The notes below the pieces were generated by a model. It was not told the origin of the DNA. It worked only from the letters and a program-made list of their open reading frames with translations, and did no database searches. Position numbers and translations under genes: made by a program. From the NCBI GenBank assembly GCA_964536205.1, contig CAZHVT010000002.1:1982-65981 (forward strand): a DNA stretch of 64,000 bases. The letters are read 5' to 3'. Shown piece by piece: positions 37,291-47,048 of this stretch. How positions within the stretch are numbered: the first letter of the stretch is position 1; the number at the start of each line of letters is the position of its first letter. The DNA comes from an uncultured Gammaproteobacteria bacterium. GTDB taxonomy: Bacteria > Patescibacteriota > Patescibacteriia > Magasanikbacterales > GCA-002688135.

Positions 37291-38451
37291 ATGGGGAAGC
37301 GCATAAAAAAGCACGCAAAACGAATAAAAAACATCGCATATTTCGAAGCAGTTGCATTGATGGTCGGAGCAATTATCGGCGCGGGAGTATTGGGAATTCC
37401 ATATGTAGTAGCACAAGCCGGTGTAGCAATTGGCGCATTTTATATTGTGTTATTAGGAATCATCATCACCTTTGTACATTTGATGATAGGTGAAGTCACA
37501 CTCCGCACAAAAAAGAAATTGCAAATCCCCGGACTTGGTACAAAATACCTAGGGAAATTCGGTGGGGTACTCATTGGAATAAATTTCATGTTCTTTAGTT
37601 ACATGGCGATTTTGGCATACATCATAGCTTCAGGGGATGTATTGGCGAGTATCGCACCGATCTTATCGGAATTTGGATGGAGTATGGTATTTTTTGCTGC
37701 ACTTGCTGTTGTTGTATACATTGGGCTTGAGGGAGTAAAAGTCGCAGAATTAATTTTAGCCGGCATTTTATTTCTACTTCTGACATCGCTTGTTATATTT
37801 GGCATCCCACACATCGATCCATCAAATTTGGTAGTTGTGCAATTTGCAAATGTATTTCTTCCTTTTGGCGTCATTATGTTTGCACTCGGCGGTGTTTCGG
37901 CAATTCCAGAGCTTGAAAATCTCATGCCAAACTCCGGACGCAAAATAGAACGTACAATCATTCTTGGAACAGCACTTCCGATGATTCTCTATTTGTTATT
38001 CTCGATTGTGGTCGTGGGGGTAAATGGATTATCAACAACTGAAGTCGCAACTATCGGATTAGGAAATGCAATCGGCTCGCACATCGTAGTTTTAGGAAGT
38101 TTATTTGCAATCATCGCCATGGGCACAAGTTTCCTTACTATCGGATTGGCTCTGCGACGTGTGTATGAATGGGATTTAAAACTTCCTAAGATGATTGCGT
38201 GGGCACTTGCACTGGGAATCCCACTCGGGTTATATCTCATCGGCGCACGAGATTTCATTAAAACTCTCGGATTGGCTGGCGCTTTGGGTGGTGGATTAGA
38301 AGGGATTTTACTCGTATTAATCTTCTGGAACGCACGCAAAAAAGGGGATATACAACCACGCGGATTACATGTACACTTCCCAAAAACAATCGGATCGATC
38401 GTCATTGCAACATTTGCTTTGGGAATGATCGTAACGTTATTTTTCGCGTAA
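37291..38451 (+). CDS. Aromatic amino acid permease (HAAAP/TyrP-like)
   Basis: GAIIGAGVLGIPY, ~11 TM helices, TSFL. Confidence 0.88.
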   Translation: MGKRIKKHAKRIKNIAYFEAVALMVGAIIGAGVLGIPYVVAQAGVAIGAFYIVLLGIIITFVHLMIGEVTLRTKKKLQIPGLGTKYLGKFGGVLIGINFMFFSYMAILAYIIASGDVLASIAPILSEFGWSMVFFAALAVVVYIGLEGVKVAELILAGILFLLLTSLVIFGIPHIDPSNLVVVQFANVFLPFGVIMFALGGVSAIPELENLMPNSGRKIERTIILGTALPMILYLLFSIVVVGVNGLSTTEVATIGLGNAIGSHIVVLGSLFAIIAMGTSFLTIGLALRRVYEWDLKLPKMIAWALALGIPLGLYLIGARDFIKTLGLAGALGGGLEGILLVLIFWNARKKGDIQPRGLHVHFPKTIGSIVIATFALGMIVTLFFA

Positions 38452-38452
38452 T

Positions 38453-39151
38453 ATGTCATTTTTTGGAAATATCTGGAACACCTATCTCTACGAGCCACTC
38501 ATTAATGTGCTCGTATGGCTATACAATGGCCCAGCAAATGAAAATATCGTATGGGCAGTTATAGCGCTCACTCTTTTGCTACGCGTTCTTCTTTTGCCGC
38601 TATCAATCATTTCAGAAAAAAACAAAGCAAAGTTTGAAATGTTGAAAGATAAATTTGTTGGCATTCAAAAGAAATTCAAAAACGATCCAGTACAACGAAA
38701 AGCTGAAATCAGATCACTTTTGCGTGAACACAAATTCTCACCATGGGCGAAGGCAGTACTGTTGGGAATTCAGGTTTTGGTTTTTATCGTTTTGTATCAG
38801 GTATTTATCGGAGGAGTAAAAGGAAAAATCTCACGAGATATTTTGTATAGCTGGGTGGATTTTCCAAGTGTGATCAACACAAATTTCTATGGATTCAATG
38901 CTGCAGAAAAGAGCTTATTTTGGGCTGTGGTAGTTGGGGTTGTATTGATGTGGGGTGTGCGCAGAGAACTCAAACAACGCCGAGGAAAACTCACAAAATC
39001 TGACCTGTATTACTCCATTTTATTCCCCGGATCCGTCGTATTATTCCTCTGGCTCCTGCCAATGGTGAAGTCCATGTTCATATTGACAACAATATTATTT
39101 TCTGTTACGATTGCTGCGTTTGGTAAAGCTTTACGCAAACCAGACAAATAA
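38453..39151 (+). CDS. yidC: YidC/Oxa1 family membrane insertase
   Basis: AVIALTLLLRVLLLPL, coiled hairpin, IQVLVFIVLYQVF. Confidence 0.82.
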   Translation: MSFFGNIWNTYLYEPLINVLVWLYNGPANENIVWAVIALTLLLRVLLLPLSIISEKNKAKFEMLKDKFVGIQKKFKNDPVQRKAEIRSLLREHKFSPWAKAVLLGIQVLVFIVLYQVFIGGVKGKISRDILYSWVDFPSVINTNFYGFNAAEKSLFWAVVVGVVLMWGVRRELKQRRGKLTKSDLYYSILFPGSVVLFLWLLPMVKSMFILTTILFSVTIAAFGKALRKPDK

Positions 39152-39160
39152 CCCTAAAAT

Positions 39161-39733
39161 ATGTCGCAAAACAGCGATTCAATCGACAAAATGATGTATT
39201 CCTTCGTCGTTGAGGACGTCCTCAAGGGCGTATTTGTATATGTCCCGCCCGGATATGTAGCATGTGTCTACGATCTCGGACGAGGTGTTTTAAAGAAAGT
39301 ATACGCACCAGGATTACACTTAAAAATCCCATTTTGGCAGAAAGCCAAGCTTTTTAATACACAAACATTAGAGTACGCAATTTCAAAGGATGTGACATTA
39401 GAAAACCCACGTGCATTGGGCGATGTGCCTATTGCATGTATGACATCAGATGATAAAAATATTGTTGTTGAAGCAACAGTTTTATTGCGCTTGAACGTCC
39501 ACCAAATCCCCGCAATCTGGCAGGCAATTGGTGAAGATTTTGTAGAAAAGATTGTGCGCCCAACCATTCAGTCTCGCGCACGCATGGTAGCATCTCGCTA
39601 TACTTCTTCAGAAATCACACAAACAAAACGCGAAGAAGTTGAAGATGCATTAAAAGCAGAACTTGAGCGCATTTTCTCACCACGAGGAATTCATGTTGAA
39701 AATGTGCTTCTTTCACAGGTTTGTCACGCATAA
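39161..39733 (+). CDS. SPFH/prohibitin domain protein (short)
   Basis: PGLHLKIPFWQ, TSDDKNI, KIVRP, GIHVENVLL. Confidence 0.85.
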   Translation: MSQNSDSIDKMMYSFVVEDVLKGVFVYVPPGYVACVYDLGRGVLKKVYAPGLHLKIPFWQKAKLFNTQTLEYAISKDVTLENPRALGDVPIACMTSDDKNIVVEATVLLRLNVHQIPAIWQAIGEDFVEKIVRPTIQSRARMVASRYTSSEITQTKREEVEDALKAELERIFSPRGIHVENVLLSQVCHA

Positions 39734-39809
39734 CCACATAATGCAAAAAATCCTGCTCTGGCGGGATTTTTTAATTGACAAAAAAATAAGATGAATATAA
39801 GATAACTCG

Positions 39810-40085
39810 GCACTTAAAAACAAGGTCCAGTTGGTCTGGCCTGGGGGCGTCCCAGTGGAGGGTTCGAATCCCTTGATGCCTTGGCTGAGCGATAGGTTGG
39901 TCTGTGGGAGCCTAGGTGGGAGAAGCGACCACAGGGTTTTTCGCAATTCCATAAGACGCTTCGTATTGAGATACCACCCTTTCCATCCGAAATGGTTGAG
40001 GAATAAGACGATCCATAAGGGTGTCCCTCAATGTTCAATCGGCTCTGTGCACCCCTCACATCTACGGATGAGAGGGGGTTTTTAT
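39810..40085 (+). ncRNA. Unassigned structured non-coding RNA
   Basis: Promoter TTGACA 39775-17-TAAGAT, terminator 40052-40087, GC-rich, nested long-range pairings, T-loop hairpin, no credible ORF. Confidence 0.7.
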
Positions 40086-40100
40086 TTACACACATAAGTA

Positions 40101-40129
40101 TTGACAATAAATACGCTTTATTTTATACT
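40101..40129 (+). promoter_or_regulatory. Sigma70 promoter of heat-shock operon
   Basis: TTGACA-17-TATACT. Confidence 0.88.
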
Positions 40130-40130
40130 C

Positions 40131-40157
40131 TTAGCACTCACATAGGGAGAGTGCTAA
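40131..40157 (+). promoter_or_regulatory. CIRCE operator (HrcA binding site)
   Basis: Perfect TTAGCACTC-N9-GAGTGCTAA. Confidence 0.97.
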
Positions 40158-40168
40158 TCGACGCGAAG

Positions 40169-40255
40169 CGTCGTCCTGAGCATAATGTTAGTGGAGTCGA
40201 AGGATCCCGAGAGGATTTCTCACGAGATCCTTCGACTAAAACGCTCAGGATGACG
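40169..40255. repeat. Palindromic element (CGTC..CTGAGC / GCTCAGGATGACG subtype) in hrcA 5' UTR
   Basis: CGTCGTCCTGAGC...AGTCGAAGGATC / GATCCTTCGACT...GCTCAGGATGACG. Confidence 0.85.
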
Positions 40256-40265
40256 TGGTTTCTAT

Positions 40266-40943
40266 ATGTTAAATCAACGACGTGCACACATTCTCGGGTT
40301 ACTTATTCGAGACTATATCGAACATCCACGTCCTGTGGGATCTTCGTCGTTGGTGAGAAAACATAATATGCAGATTTCTCCTGCAACAGTCCGAAACGAT
40401 TTCGCGGTACTGGAAGAAAACGGATTTATCACACAACCACACACATCCGCAGGACGCATCCCAACAGTGAGAGGATACAAATATTTTGTACAATATCTCG
40501 TCCGCGAAAGTGCATTAGCAAAACGCCAAGCCGCACAATTGAAATCTGCACGAGAACACAATCGTCGTTTATTGGCACAGCAGCTTTCAGATTTGTCAGG
40601 AGAATCAATTGCGCTTGTAGATCGCGACGGAAGATATTTCGTATCAGGATTATCTCAATTATTTAACAAACCAGAATTCGGTGACGAGAGAACACGAAAT
40701 TCAATTGGTGAACTGTTCGATCAATTTGAAAACATGGCACAAGATTTATTTAAACAGATGGATAATGAAGTTGAAACATTTATTGGTGATAAACGATTAG
40801 TCGCACCAAAATGCGCGGTCATGGGAATCAAAGTACATCCAGAAAGTCGCGAACCATTTCTCATTATGATGTGCGGGCCACTTCGCATGAATTACGAAGC
40901 AAATCGAGCCCTCCTCCAACATATTAAGAAGATCTATGAATAA
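40266..40943 (+). CDS. hrcA: Heat-inducible transcription repressor (short form)
   Basis: PVGS, SPATVRND, QPHTSAGRIPT, GPLRMNY; CIRCE upstream. Confidence 0.95.
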   Translation: MLNQRRAHILGLLIRDYIEHPRPVGSSSLVRKHNMQISPATVRNDFAVLEENGFITQPHTSAGRIPTVRGYKYFVQYLVRESALAKRQAAQLKSAREHNRRLLAQQLSDLSGESIALVDRDGRYFVSGLSQLFNKPEFGDERTRNSIGELFDQFENMAQDLFKQMDNEVETFIGDKRLVAPKCAVMGIKVHPESREPFLIMMCGPLRMNYEANRALLQHIKKIYE

Positions 40944-41454
40944 AACAAAAGACACGACCAACGAGTCATCCCGTAGTCGTACGGGATCCACCAAGAAGAA
41001 ATCAAAAAAAGATACTGAGCAAGAAAGAGATGAGTATTTATTGGGATGGAAAAGAGCATTAGCAGATTATGAAAATCTGAAAAAAGATCTACACATCCAG
41101 AAGCAACACGCGCGTGAATCTGTCACCGCAGATATCGCACAAGCATACCTCCCCATTCTCGATCATCTGCAATCCGCAACCAAAAACACACCAGATATTC
41201 CAGAAGCAAAAGAGTGGTTCACCGGTGTCGGATTCATTGCACAGCAATGCGCAGATGTACTCAAAGAATTCGGAGTAGAGCAAATTGAGGCTGAAGGAGA
41301 ATTCAATCCCGAACTACACGAAGCAGTAGGAATGGAAACACACGAAGAAATGGAGGACAATATAATCATTAAGCAAACACAAGCAGGATTTAAACTAAAG
41401 GATCGAATCTTGCGCCCAGCAAAAGTAATTGTAAATAAATTAAACAACGAATAA
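40936..41454 (+). CDS. grpE: Nucleotide exchange factor GrpE
   Basis: RALADYEN, LPILD, FNPELHEAV, GFKLKDRILRPAKV. Confidence 0.95.
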   Translation: MNKTKDTTNESSRSRTGSTKKKSKKDTEQERDEYLLGWKRALADYENLKKDLHIQKQHARESVTADIAQAYLPILDHLQSATKNTPDIPEAKEWFTGVGFIAQQCADVLKEFGVEQIEAEGEFNPELHEAVGMETHEEMEDNIIIKQTQAGFKLKDRILRPAKVIVNKLNNE

Positions 41455-41461
41455 CTAGAAG

Positions 41462-41530
41462 TGTTATTCCGTAGTCGTACGGAATCCATCTCGGGAAAAG
41501 GCATGGATCCCGTACGACTGCGGGATGACA
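41462..41530. repeat. Palindromic REP-like element, variant loop (CCGTAGTCGTACGG)
   Basis: TGTTATTCCGTAGTCGTACGGAATCCAT...ATGGATCCCGTACGACTGCGGGATGACA; half copy at 40965-40990 inside grpE. Confidence 0.88.
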
Positions 41531-41561
41531 GTCTAACTAATCGCTAAACGCTAACAAATAT

Positions 41562-43457
41562 ATGTCAAAAATCTTAGGAATTGATCTCGGAACCACAAAC
41601 TCATGTATGTCTATTATTGAGGGTGGAAAACCAAAGATCCTCGAAAACGCTGAAGGGCAGCGCACAACCCCATCAATTGTCGCAACAAATAAATCAGGTG
41701 AACGCATTGTTGGATTACCAGCAAAACGTCAAGCTGTGACTAATCACAAAAACACACTTTTTAGTGTGAAACGTTTGATTGGACGACGTTGGGAAGATAA
41801 AGAAGTGCAACGTGAAAAAGATTTGCTTCCGTATGAAATCGTGAAATCAGGTGTGGGAGTAAAAGTGAAAATGGGTGACAAAGAATTCACACCACAAGAA
41901 ATCGCAGCAATGATTCTCGCAAAAATGAAAGCGGATGCAGAAGCAAAAACTGGAGAAACTATCACAGAAGCTGTGATTACCGTTCCTGCATATTTTGACG
42001 ATGCTCAACGACAAGCAACAAAAGAAGCTGGAGAAATCGCAGGTTTGAAAGTTGCACGAATTATCAATGAGCCAACAGCAGCTGCTTTGGCATACGGTTT
42101 TGATAAACAAAAAGGAGAAAAAGTTGCTGTGTATGATTTGGGTGGTGGAACATTCGATATCTCAATTTTGGAAGTCGATGAAAACACAGTCGAAGTAAAA
42201 GCAACAAATGGTGACACACATTTAGGTGGAGATGATTTTGACAAAGCAATCATCAATTGGATCATCGAAGAATTCAAAAAGGATAAAGGAAAGGATCTTG
42301 CAAAAGATGATCTTGCGTTGCAACGAATTAAAGAAGCTGCAGAAAAAGCAAAAATTGAATTGTCATCTGCTGGTGAAACCGAAATCAATCAGCCATTTAT
42401 CACACAAGATGCAGATGGAACGCCATTGCATTTGGTATTGAAAATGACACGAGCAAAACTTGAGGAGCTCGTTTCTGAACTCGTACGAAATTCACTCGAC
42501 CCCGTAGAAAAGGCGTTGAAAGATGCAGGATTTGCAAAGGGTGATATCGATCAAATCATCATGGTTGGTGGAATGACTCGAATGCCACTAGTACAGGCTG
42601 AAGTTGAAAAATTCTTCGGCAAGAAAACAAATGTTTCAGTAAACCCTGATGAGGTGGTGGCTTCTGGTGCAGCAGTACAAGCTGGTGTGTTGCAAGGTGA
42701 AGTGAAAGACGTGCTTCTCTTGGATGTCACACCATTAACACTTGGTATCGAAACTATGGGTGGTGTCTCAACAGCTTTAATTGAGCGTAACACAACTATT
42801 CCCACATCAAAATCCCAAATCTTCTCAACTGCAGCAGAAAATCAACCTTCAGTTGAAATTCATGTGTTGCAAGGTGAGCGATCAATGTCTGGCGATAACA
42901 AAACCCTCGGACGATTCATGTTGGATGGAATTCCTCCAGCACCTCGCGGCGTTCCACAGATTGAGGTTTCGTTTGATATCGATGCAAACGGAATTTTGAA
43001 TGTATCTGCAAAAGATAAGGGGACAGGCAAAGAGCAAAAGATTACCATCACCGCATCAACCGGATTGTCAGATGAAGAAATTGAACGCATGACAAAAGAT
43101 GCGGAAGCACACGCTGAAGAAGACAAGAAAAAGAAGGATGCGGTAGAAACACGCAATAATGCAGAAACAATCATCGCAACAACAGATAAAATGATGAAAG
43201 AATCTGGCGATAAAATTGGTGAAGATGACAAAAAAGAAATCGAAGCAAAAATCGCTGAATTGAAAACTGCGCTTGAAGCTGATAACCTAGAAGACATGAA
43301 AGCAAAAATGGAAGAGCTTTCACAGGTTGCGCAAAAGATTGGTGCGGCAATGTATCAGCAGCAAGGAGCACCTACTCCGGAAGGAACAGAACCACAAAAA
43401 GAAAAAGTAGTTGATGGTGGGCCTGAAGATGTGATCGAAGGCGAGGTGGTTAAATAG
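41562..43457 (+). CDS. dnaK: Chaperone DnaK
   Basis: [43 protein letters not shown]. Confidence 0.99.
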   Translation: MSKILGIDLGTTNSCMSIIEGGKPKILENAEGQRTTPSIVATNKSGERIVGLPAKRQAVTNHKNTLFSVKRLIGRRWEDKEVQREKDLLPYEIVKSGVGVKVKMGDKEFTPQEIAAMILAKMKADAEAKTGETITEAVITVPAYFDDAQRQATKEAGEIAGLKVARIINEPTAAALAYGFDKQKGEKVAVYDLGGGTFDISILEVDENTVEVKATNGDTHLGGDDFDKAIINWIIEEFKKDKGKDLAKDDLALQRIKEAAEKAKIELSSAGETEINQPFITQDADGTPLHLVLKMTRAKLEELVSELVRNSLDPVEKALKDAGFAKGDIDQIIMVGGMTRMPLVQAEVEKFFGKKTNVSVNPDEVVASGAAVQAGVLQGEVKDVLLLDVTPLTLGIETMGGVSTALIERNTTIPTSKSQIFSTAAENQPSVEIHVLQGERSMSGDNKTLGRFMLDGIPPAPRGVPQIEVSFDIDANGILNVSAKDKGTGKEQKITITASTGLSDEEIERMTKDAEAHAEEDKKKKDAVETRNNAETIIATTDKMMKESGDKIGEDDKKEIEAKIAELKTALEADNLEDMKAKMEELSQVAQKIGAAMYQQQGAPTPEGTEPQKEKVVDGGPEDVIEGEVVK

Positions 43458-43512
43458 TCAGGATAGTGCATGAGTAACTTTCTTTAATCAAAGAAGGATA
43501 AGAAGTAAACAT

Positions 43513-43896
43513 ATGAAAATTGATCTTGTACTGTTTTGTGATTATGCATTGAAGGACGCAAATAGTAAGACGAGCTTGATAGGAGTATTTACCGAGTTGT
43601 ATGGAAGCAAAATGAAGCAAGGGGTGTCGATATCTGCTTACTTAGGAATTGGAATGAGTGATGCAAAGGAAGGAGAGAGATTTTCACTTCGAATGAAGCA
43701 TGCGAGTGATACAAATCTTTCTGAAATACTGCTCGCAAGTGACGTAAAAGTAAATGCTGTGAAGGGTACTACGCTTGCGATAGTACCGATTAAGATTTCG
43801 CTACCAAAACCAGAAAAGGTGGGGGCATGGGGGTTGCAAGTAAAGTATGATGACGATAAATGGCATGATGTTTCTTCGACTCTGTTAGTTTCGTAA
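43513..43896 (+). CDS. Hypothetical protein (DUF6941-like beta-sandwich)
   Basis: LFCDYA...KTSLIGVF N-terminal pattern. Confidence 0.65.
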   Translation: MKIDLVLFCDYALKDANSKTSLIGVFTELYGSKMKQGVSISAYLGIGMSDAKEGERFSLRMKHASDTNLSEILLASDVKVNAVKGTTLAIVPIKISLPKPEKVGAWGLQVKYDDDKWHDVSSTLLVS

Positions 43897-43900
43897 TTCT

Positions 43901-44395
43901 ATGATGGAAAATAAACTAACAAGCAATCTCAGTAGAAGTCCGGGTATTGATTTGGAAGATGATATAGATAGGCTGACTGGAACAGCAGCGGAAGGAAACA
44001 TGGGTATAGACGAGCTTAGGGTGATTGTTGGCAATATAGCGCATGCACTAAGGGAGGAGATTAGGGTCAGCGTTGAAAAGGTAGAGCCTGCGATTCAAAA
44101 AATAGGACCAGAGATCGATCGTGTCAGAAAGGAGGCCTTTACTCTATTATCTGTTTTCGCTGCCCTGTTTGCTTTCCTGTTTACGCAACAGCAGTTAACA
44201 GGTATTGGGTTGGCAAGTGGAATAGGAATAAAGGATATTATCAGACTTCAACAACATGGTGGCTTAATAATGCTTTTATTTCTCGGCGCTGTCTATCTCA
44301 TTCTAAATAATATTTCAAAGCAGATTTACAAAAAAATTATCATAACAGGATTTGGTATTGGTATTGTAATTTTAATTATAATGTTATCTATATGA
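43901..44395 (+). CDS. Hypothetical membrane protein (3 C-terminal TM)
   Basis: TLLSVFAALFAFL plus two further hydrophobic helices. Confidence 0.65.
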   Translation: MMENKLTSNLSRSPGIDLEDDIDRLTGTAAEGNMGIDELRVIVGNIAHALREEIRVSVEKVEPAIQKIGPEIDRVRKEAFTLLSVFAALFAFLFTQQQLTGIGLASGIGIKDIIRLQQHGGLIMLLFLGAVYLILNNISKQIYKKIIITGFGIGIVILIIMLSI

Positions 44396-44802
44396 TAAAT
44401 AAAGTGAAGTACATAATGATCCCAGTCACTCTAATCCTACTAGGACTCGGCTGCAATCCAATCGAGCAACGACCAGAAAAACCAATAGCAGAATCAGTCC
44501 CACAACAAGCCACGGAACAAGATGTAATAGGAGCATGGATCACACAAGAAGGATCGATATTCGAAGAAATCATCATTGAGGAAGACGGAAGATATTTCAC
44601 GTTCTTGCGTGAACTACCTCTTGATGAAGGAAAATGGTTTTGGAATGACGAAACATCACAGTTAAAATTGAGCTCAACATTCAATGAAAAACTCTCACTA
44701 AATTTTGTGGAGTTGGAAGTTGAGGAAGAAGCATTGTTTCTAACAGATACAGATGATGTGCAACACGTCTGGTGGGTCGTAGATGCCTCCCACGACGATT
44801 AA
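44392..44802 (+). CDS. Putative lipoprotein
   Basis: Lipobox LGLGC; VIGAW beta-barrel-like start. Confidence 0.7.
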   Translation: MINKVKYIMIPVTLILLGLGCNPIEQRPEKPIAESVPQQATEQDVIGAWITQEGSIFEEIIIEEDGRYFTFLRELPLDEGKWFWNDETSQLKLSSTFNEKLSLNFVELEVEEEALFLTDTDDVQHVWWVVDASHDD

Positions 44803-44808
44803 TACAAG

Positions 44809-44879
44809 TTGTCATCCCGGCGCAGGCCGGGATCCATCTTGATAAAAGGTATGGATCCCGGCCTGCGCCGGGATGACAA
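44809..44879. repeat. Palindromic REP-like element, copy 2
   Basis: TTGTCATCCCGGCGCAGGCCGGGATCCAT...ATGGATCCCGGCCTGCGCCGGGATGACAA. Confidence 0.92.
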
Positions 44880-44888
44880 TAAGAATAT

Positions 44889-45944
44889 ATGAGTAAAGAT
44901 TACTACAAAACTCTCGGAGTCGAACGATCAGCAACTGCTGACGAGATTAAACGTGCCTTCAGAAAGCAAGCTCATGAGCATCATCCCGATAAGGGCGGAG
45001 ACGAAGCAAAATTCAAGGAAGTAAACGAAGCATATCAAGTATTATCCGACGACCAAAAAAGGGGACAATACGATCAATTCGGATCTGACTTTCAAAATGG
45101 AGGAGGCTTCGGAGGTTTCGGACAAGGCGGATTTTCAGGAGACTTTTCGCAATTCGCTGGCGGATTTGGAGATATTTTTTCAAGTTTCGGATTTGGCGGA
45201 GGAGGCAGAACAAGAACTGCACGCGGTCAGGATGTTGTCGTAGATTTAGAATTATCATTACACGATGTTGCGTTCGGAATTGAGCGAGAATTAAGTTTAC
45301 ATAAAAACGATCTCTGTGATGACTGTTTAGGAAGCGGTGCAAAAAAAGGAACAAATTTAAAAACATGTGCAGAGTGTCATGGAAAAGGACAAACCGTGCG
45401 TGTGCAGCAAACTATTCTCGGTGCAATGAAAGCGGCGCAAGTTTGCAATGAGTGCCAAGGACAAGGACAAAAGCCAGAACAAAATTGTAATACCTGTCGT
45501 GGAGAAGGGTCATACAAAAAAACAGGAAACTTCAATATAAAAATTCCAGCAGGAATTGACAATGGCGAACAAATCAGATTGCGTGGAAAAGGTGAGGCTG
45601 GACCGCGCGGTTCAGAAGCAGGGGATTTGTATGTTCGTGTGCGCGTGAAACCTCACAAGATTTTAACACGTCGCGGATTTGATATTTTCTCTCGGGTCAT
45701 GGTTCCATTTACTACGGCTACTTTAGGAGGAGAGGTTAATGTAGAAACAATCGACGGAGAAATCGGAGTCAAAATCCCAAACGGCACACAAGGCGGACAA
45801 ACCATCAGATTACAAGACAAAGGAATAAATCATCTCTCTGGAAACGCGCGCGGAGATCACTACATTGAAGTACAAATCGAAGTCCCCAAACGCCCGTCTC
45901 GAAAAGCAAAAAAACTCCTCAAAGAACTTGAAAACGAATTATAA
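44889..45944 (+). CDS. dnaJ: Chaperone DnaJ
   Basis: J-domain HPD, G/F region, four CxxCxGxG repeats. Confidence 0.98.
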   Translation: MSKDYYKTLGVERSATADEIKRAFRKQAHEHHPDKGGDEAKFKEVNEAYQVLSDDQKRGQYDQFGSDFQNGGGFGGFGQGGFSGDFSQFAGGFGDIFSSFGFGGGGRTRTARGQDVVVDLELSLHDVAFGIERELSLHKNDLCDDCLGSGAKKGTNLKTCAECHGKGQTVRVQQTILGAMKAAQVCNECQGQGQKPEQNCNTCRGEGSYKKTGNFNIKIPAGIDNGEQIRLRGKGEAGPRGSEAGDLYVRVRVKPHKILTRRGFDIFSRVMVPFTTATLGGEVNVETIDGEIGVKIPNGTQGGQTIRLQDKGINHLSGNARGDHYIEVQIEVPKRPSRKAKKLLKELENEL

Positions 45945-46009
45945 GAAAAATAAAAAACTCGATGTGCGATCGGGTTTTTTATTTGGTCGTTTTCTAGTAT
46001 AATAAACAC

Positions 46010-46561
46010 ATGCCAAACATATCCGAAATCACAGAATTTCTATCCGGTGTAAACTGGAGCGAGCCGACATGGGATTTATTTGTCGCAGCTTTTTTTGTGT
46101 TAGCTGTTTTGTTGTATGGATTTTCAATGGGGAAATCAAGGCTCGTAGTGAACATGGTAGCGATCTATATCGCGATGGCAGTCGCACAAACTGTTCCAGA
46201 TTTAAGTGCGATCGGAAACAATCTGTCGCCACAAAACATGTTCACCGCTCAAGCAGTGGTATTCCTTATTGCTTTTGTTGGCCTCTACTATCTTCTCGCA
46301 AAAAAAAGCCCGCTCGGGCGAGTAGTACGAACATCACGAAAAGAGAAGTGGTCTCATGTCGCAGTGTATTCAGTTGTGCATGTTGGTTTGATTCTTTCAA
46401 CAATACTCTCATTCATTCCAGATGAAGAAGTCATGCCACTCTCACAAATCACACAAACAATCTTCACGCATGAAATCGCACACTTTCTCTGGGTCCTCGC
46501 ACCCATCATCATCATGATCCTCCTCCCCGAAAACATCCGTCGTTCAAATTACGACGATTAA
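46010..46561 (+). CDS. Hypothetical multi-pass membrane protein
   Basis: About five hydrophobic helices. Confidence 0.7.
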   Translation: MPNISEITEFLSGVNWSEPTWDLFVAAFFVLAVLLYGFSMGKSRLVVNMVAIYIAMAVAQTVPDLSAIGNNLSPQNMFTAQAVVFLIAFVGLYYLLAKKSPLGRVVRTSRKEKWSHVAVYSVVHVGLILSTILSFIPDEEVMPLSQITQTIFTHEIAHFLWVLAPIIIMILLPENIRRSNYDD

Positions 46562-46626
46562 TTCAAGAAAACAATAAATCTAAAAAGCGAGAAATCAAAA
46601 AACCGCATAGGCGGTTTTTATGGTTC

Positions 46627-47034
46627 CTACTTTCGATTATCTAGGGCCTTGTTGACCTCTGCATCAGCTTTTTTATTTTGCTCGCGCCGAACATGTTTGT
46701 ATGTGATGCGATCAAAACCAGTCGCGACATTCCAAACTTTCACAAAAATACTAGCCAGCTCATTATTCTTCACTTTATATTCTCGATTCATCTGCTTCAC
46801 GACTAATTCAGAATCTAGATAACAGGTGACTTCAGATGCGCCCATATCACGAACTTTCTCAACAGCAGCAAGCAATGCCAAATATTCCGCTTGGTTATTA
46901 GTCTTATGACCAATATATTTCCCAAACGATTCGATCACTTTTCGCTCTGCATCCATCACAACAACACCGATCGCCGCTGGTCCGGGGTTTCCACGAGCTC
47001 CTCCATCCGTATAGGTAATTAGTTTTTTACTCAT
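46627..47034 (-). CDS. rnhA: Ribonuclease HI family protein
   Basis: TDGGARGNPGPA, TNNQAEY, DSELVVKQ, HVRREQNKKAD. Confidence 0.93.
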   Translation of the reverse strand: MSKKLITYTDGGARGNPGPAAIGVVVMDAERKVIESFGKYIGHKTNNQAEYLALLAAVEKVRDMGASEVTCYLDSELVVKQMNREYKVKNNELASIFVKVWNVATGFDRITYKHVRREQNKKADAEVNKALDNRK

Positions 47035-47048
47035 AGTCTAATAGTATA

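Noticed and set aside
39855-39880. GGTTCGAATCCC as part of a tRNA or (permuted) tmRNA
   Set aside because: No acceptor stem or CCA follows, no anticodon arm, no tag ORF recognised; kept as part of the unassigned RNA
39814-40366. Short ORFs over the ncRNA/CIRCE region
   Set aside because: No protein-like features; explained by structured RNA, promoter, CIRCE and palindrome
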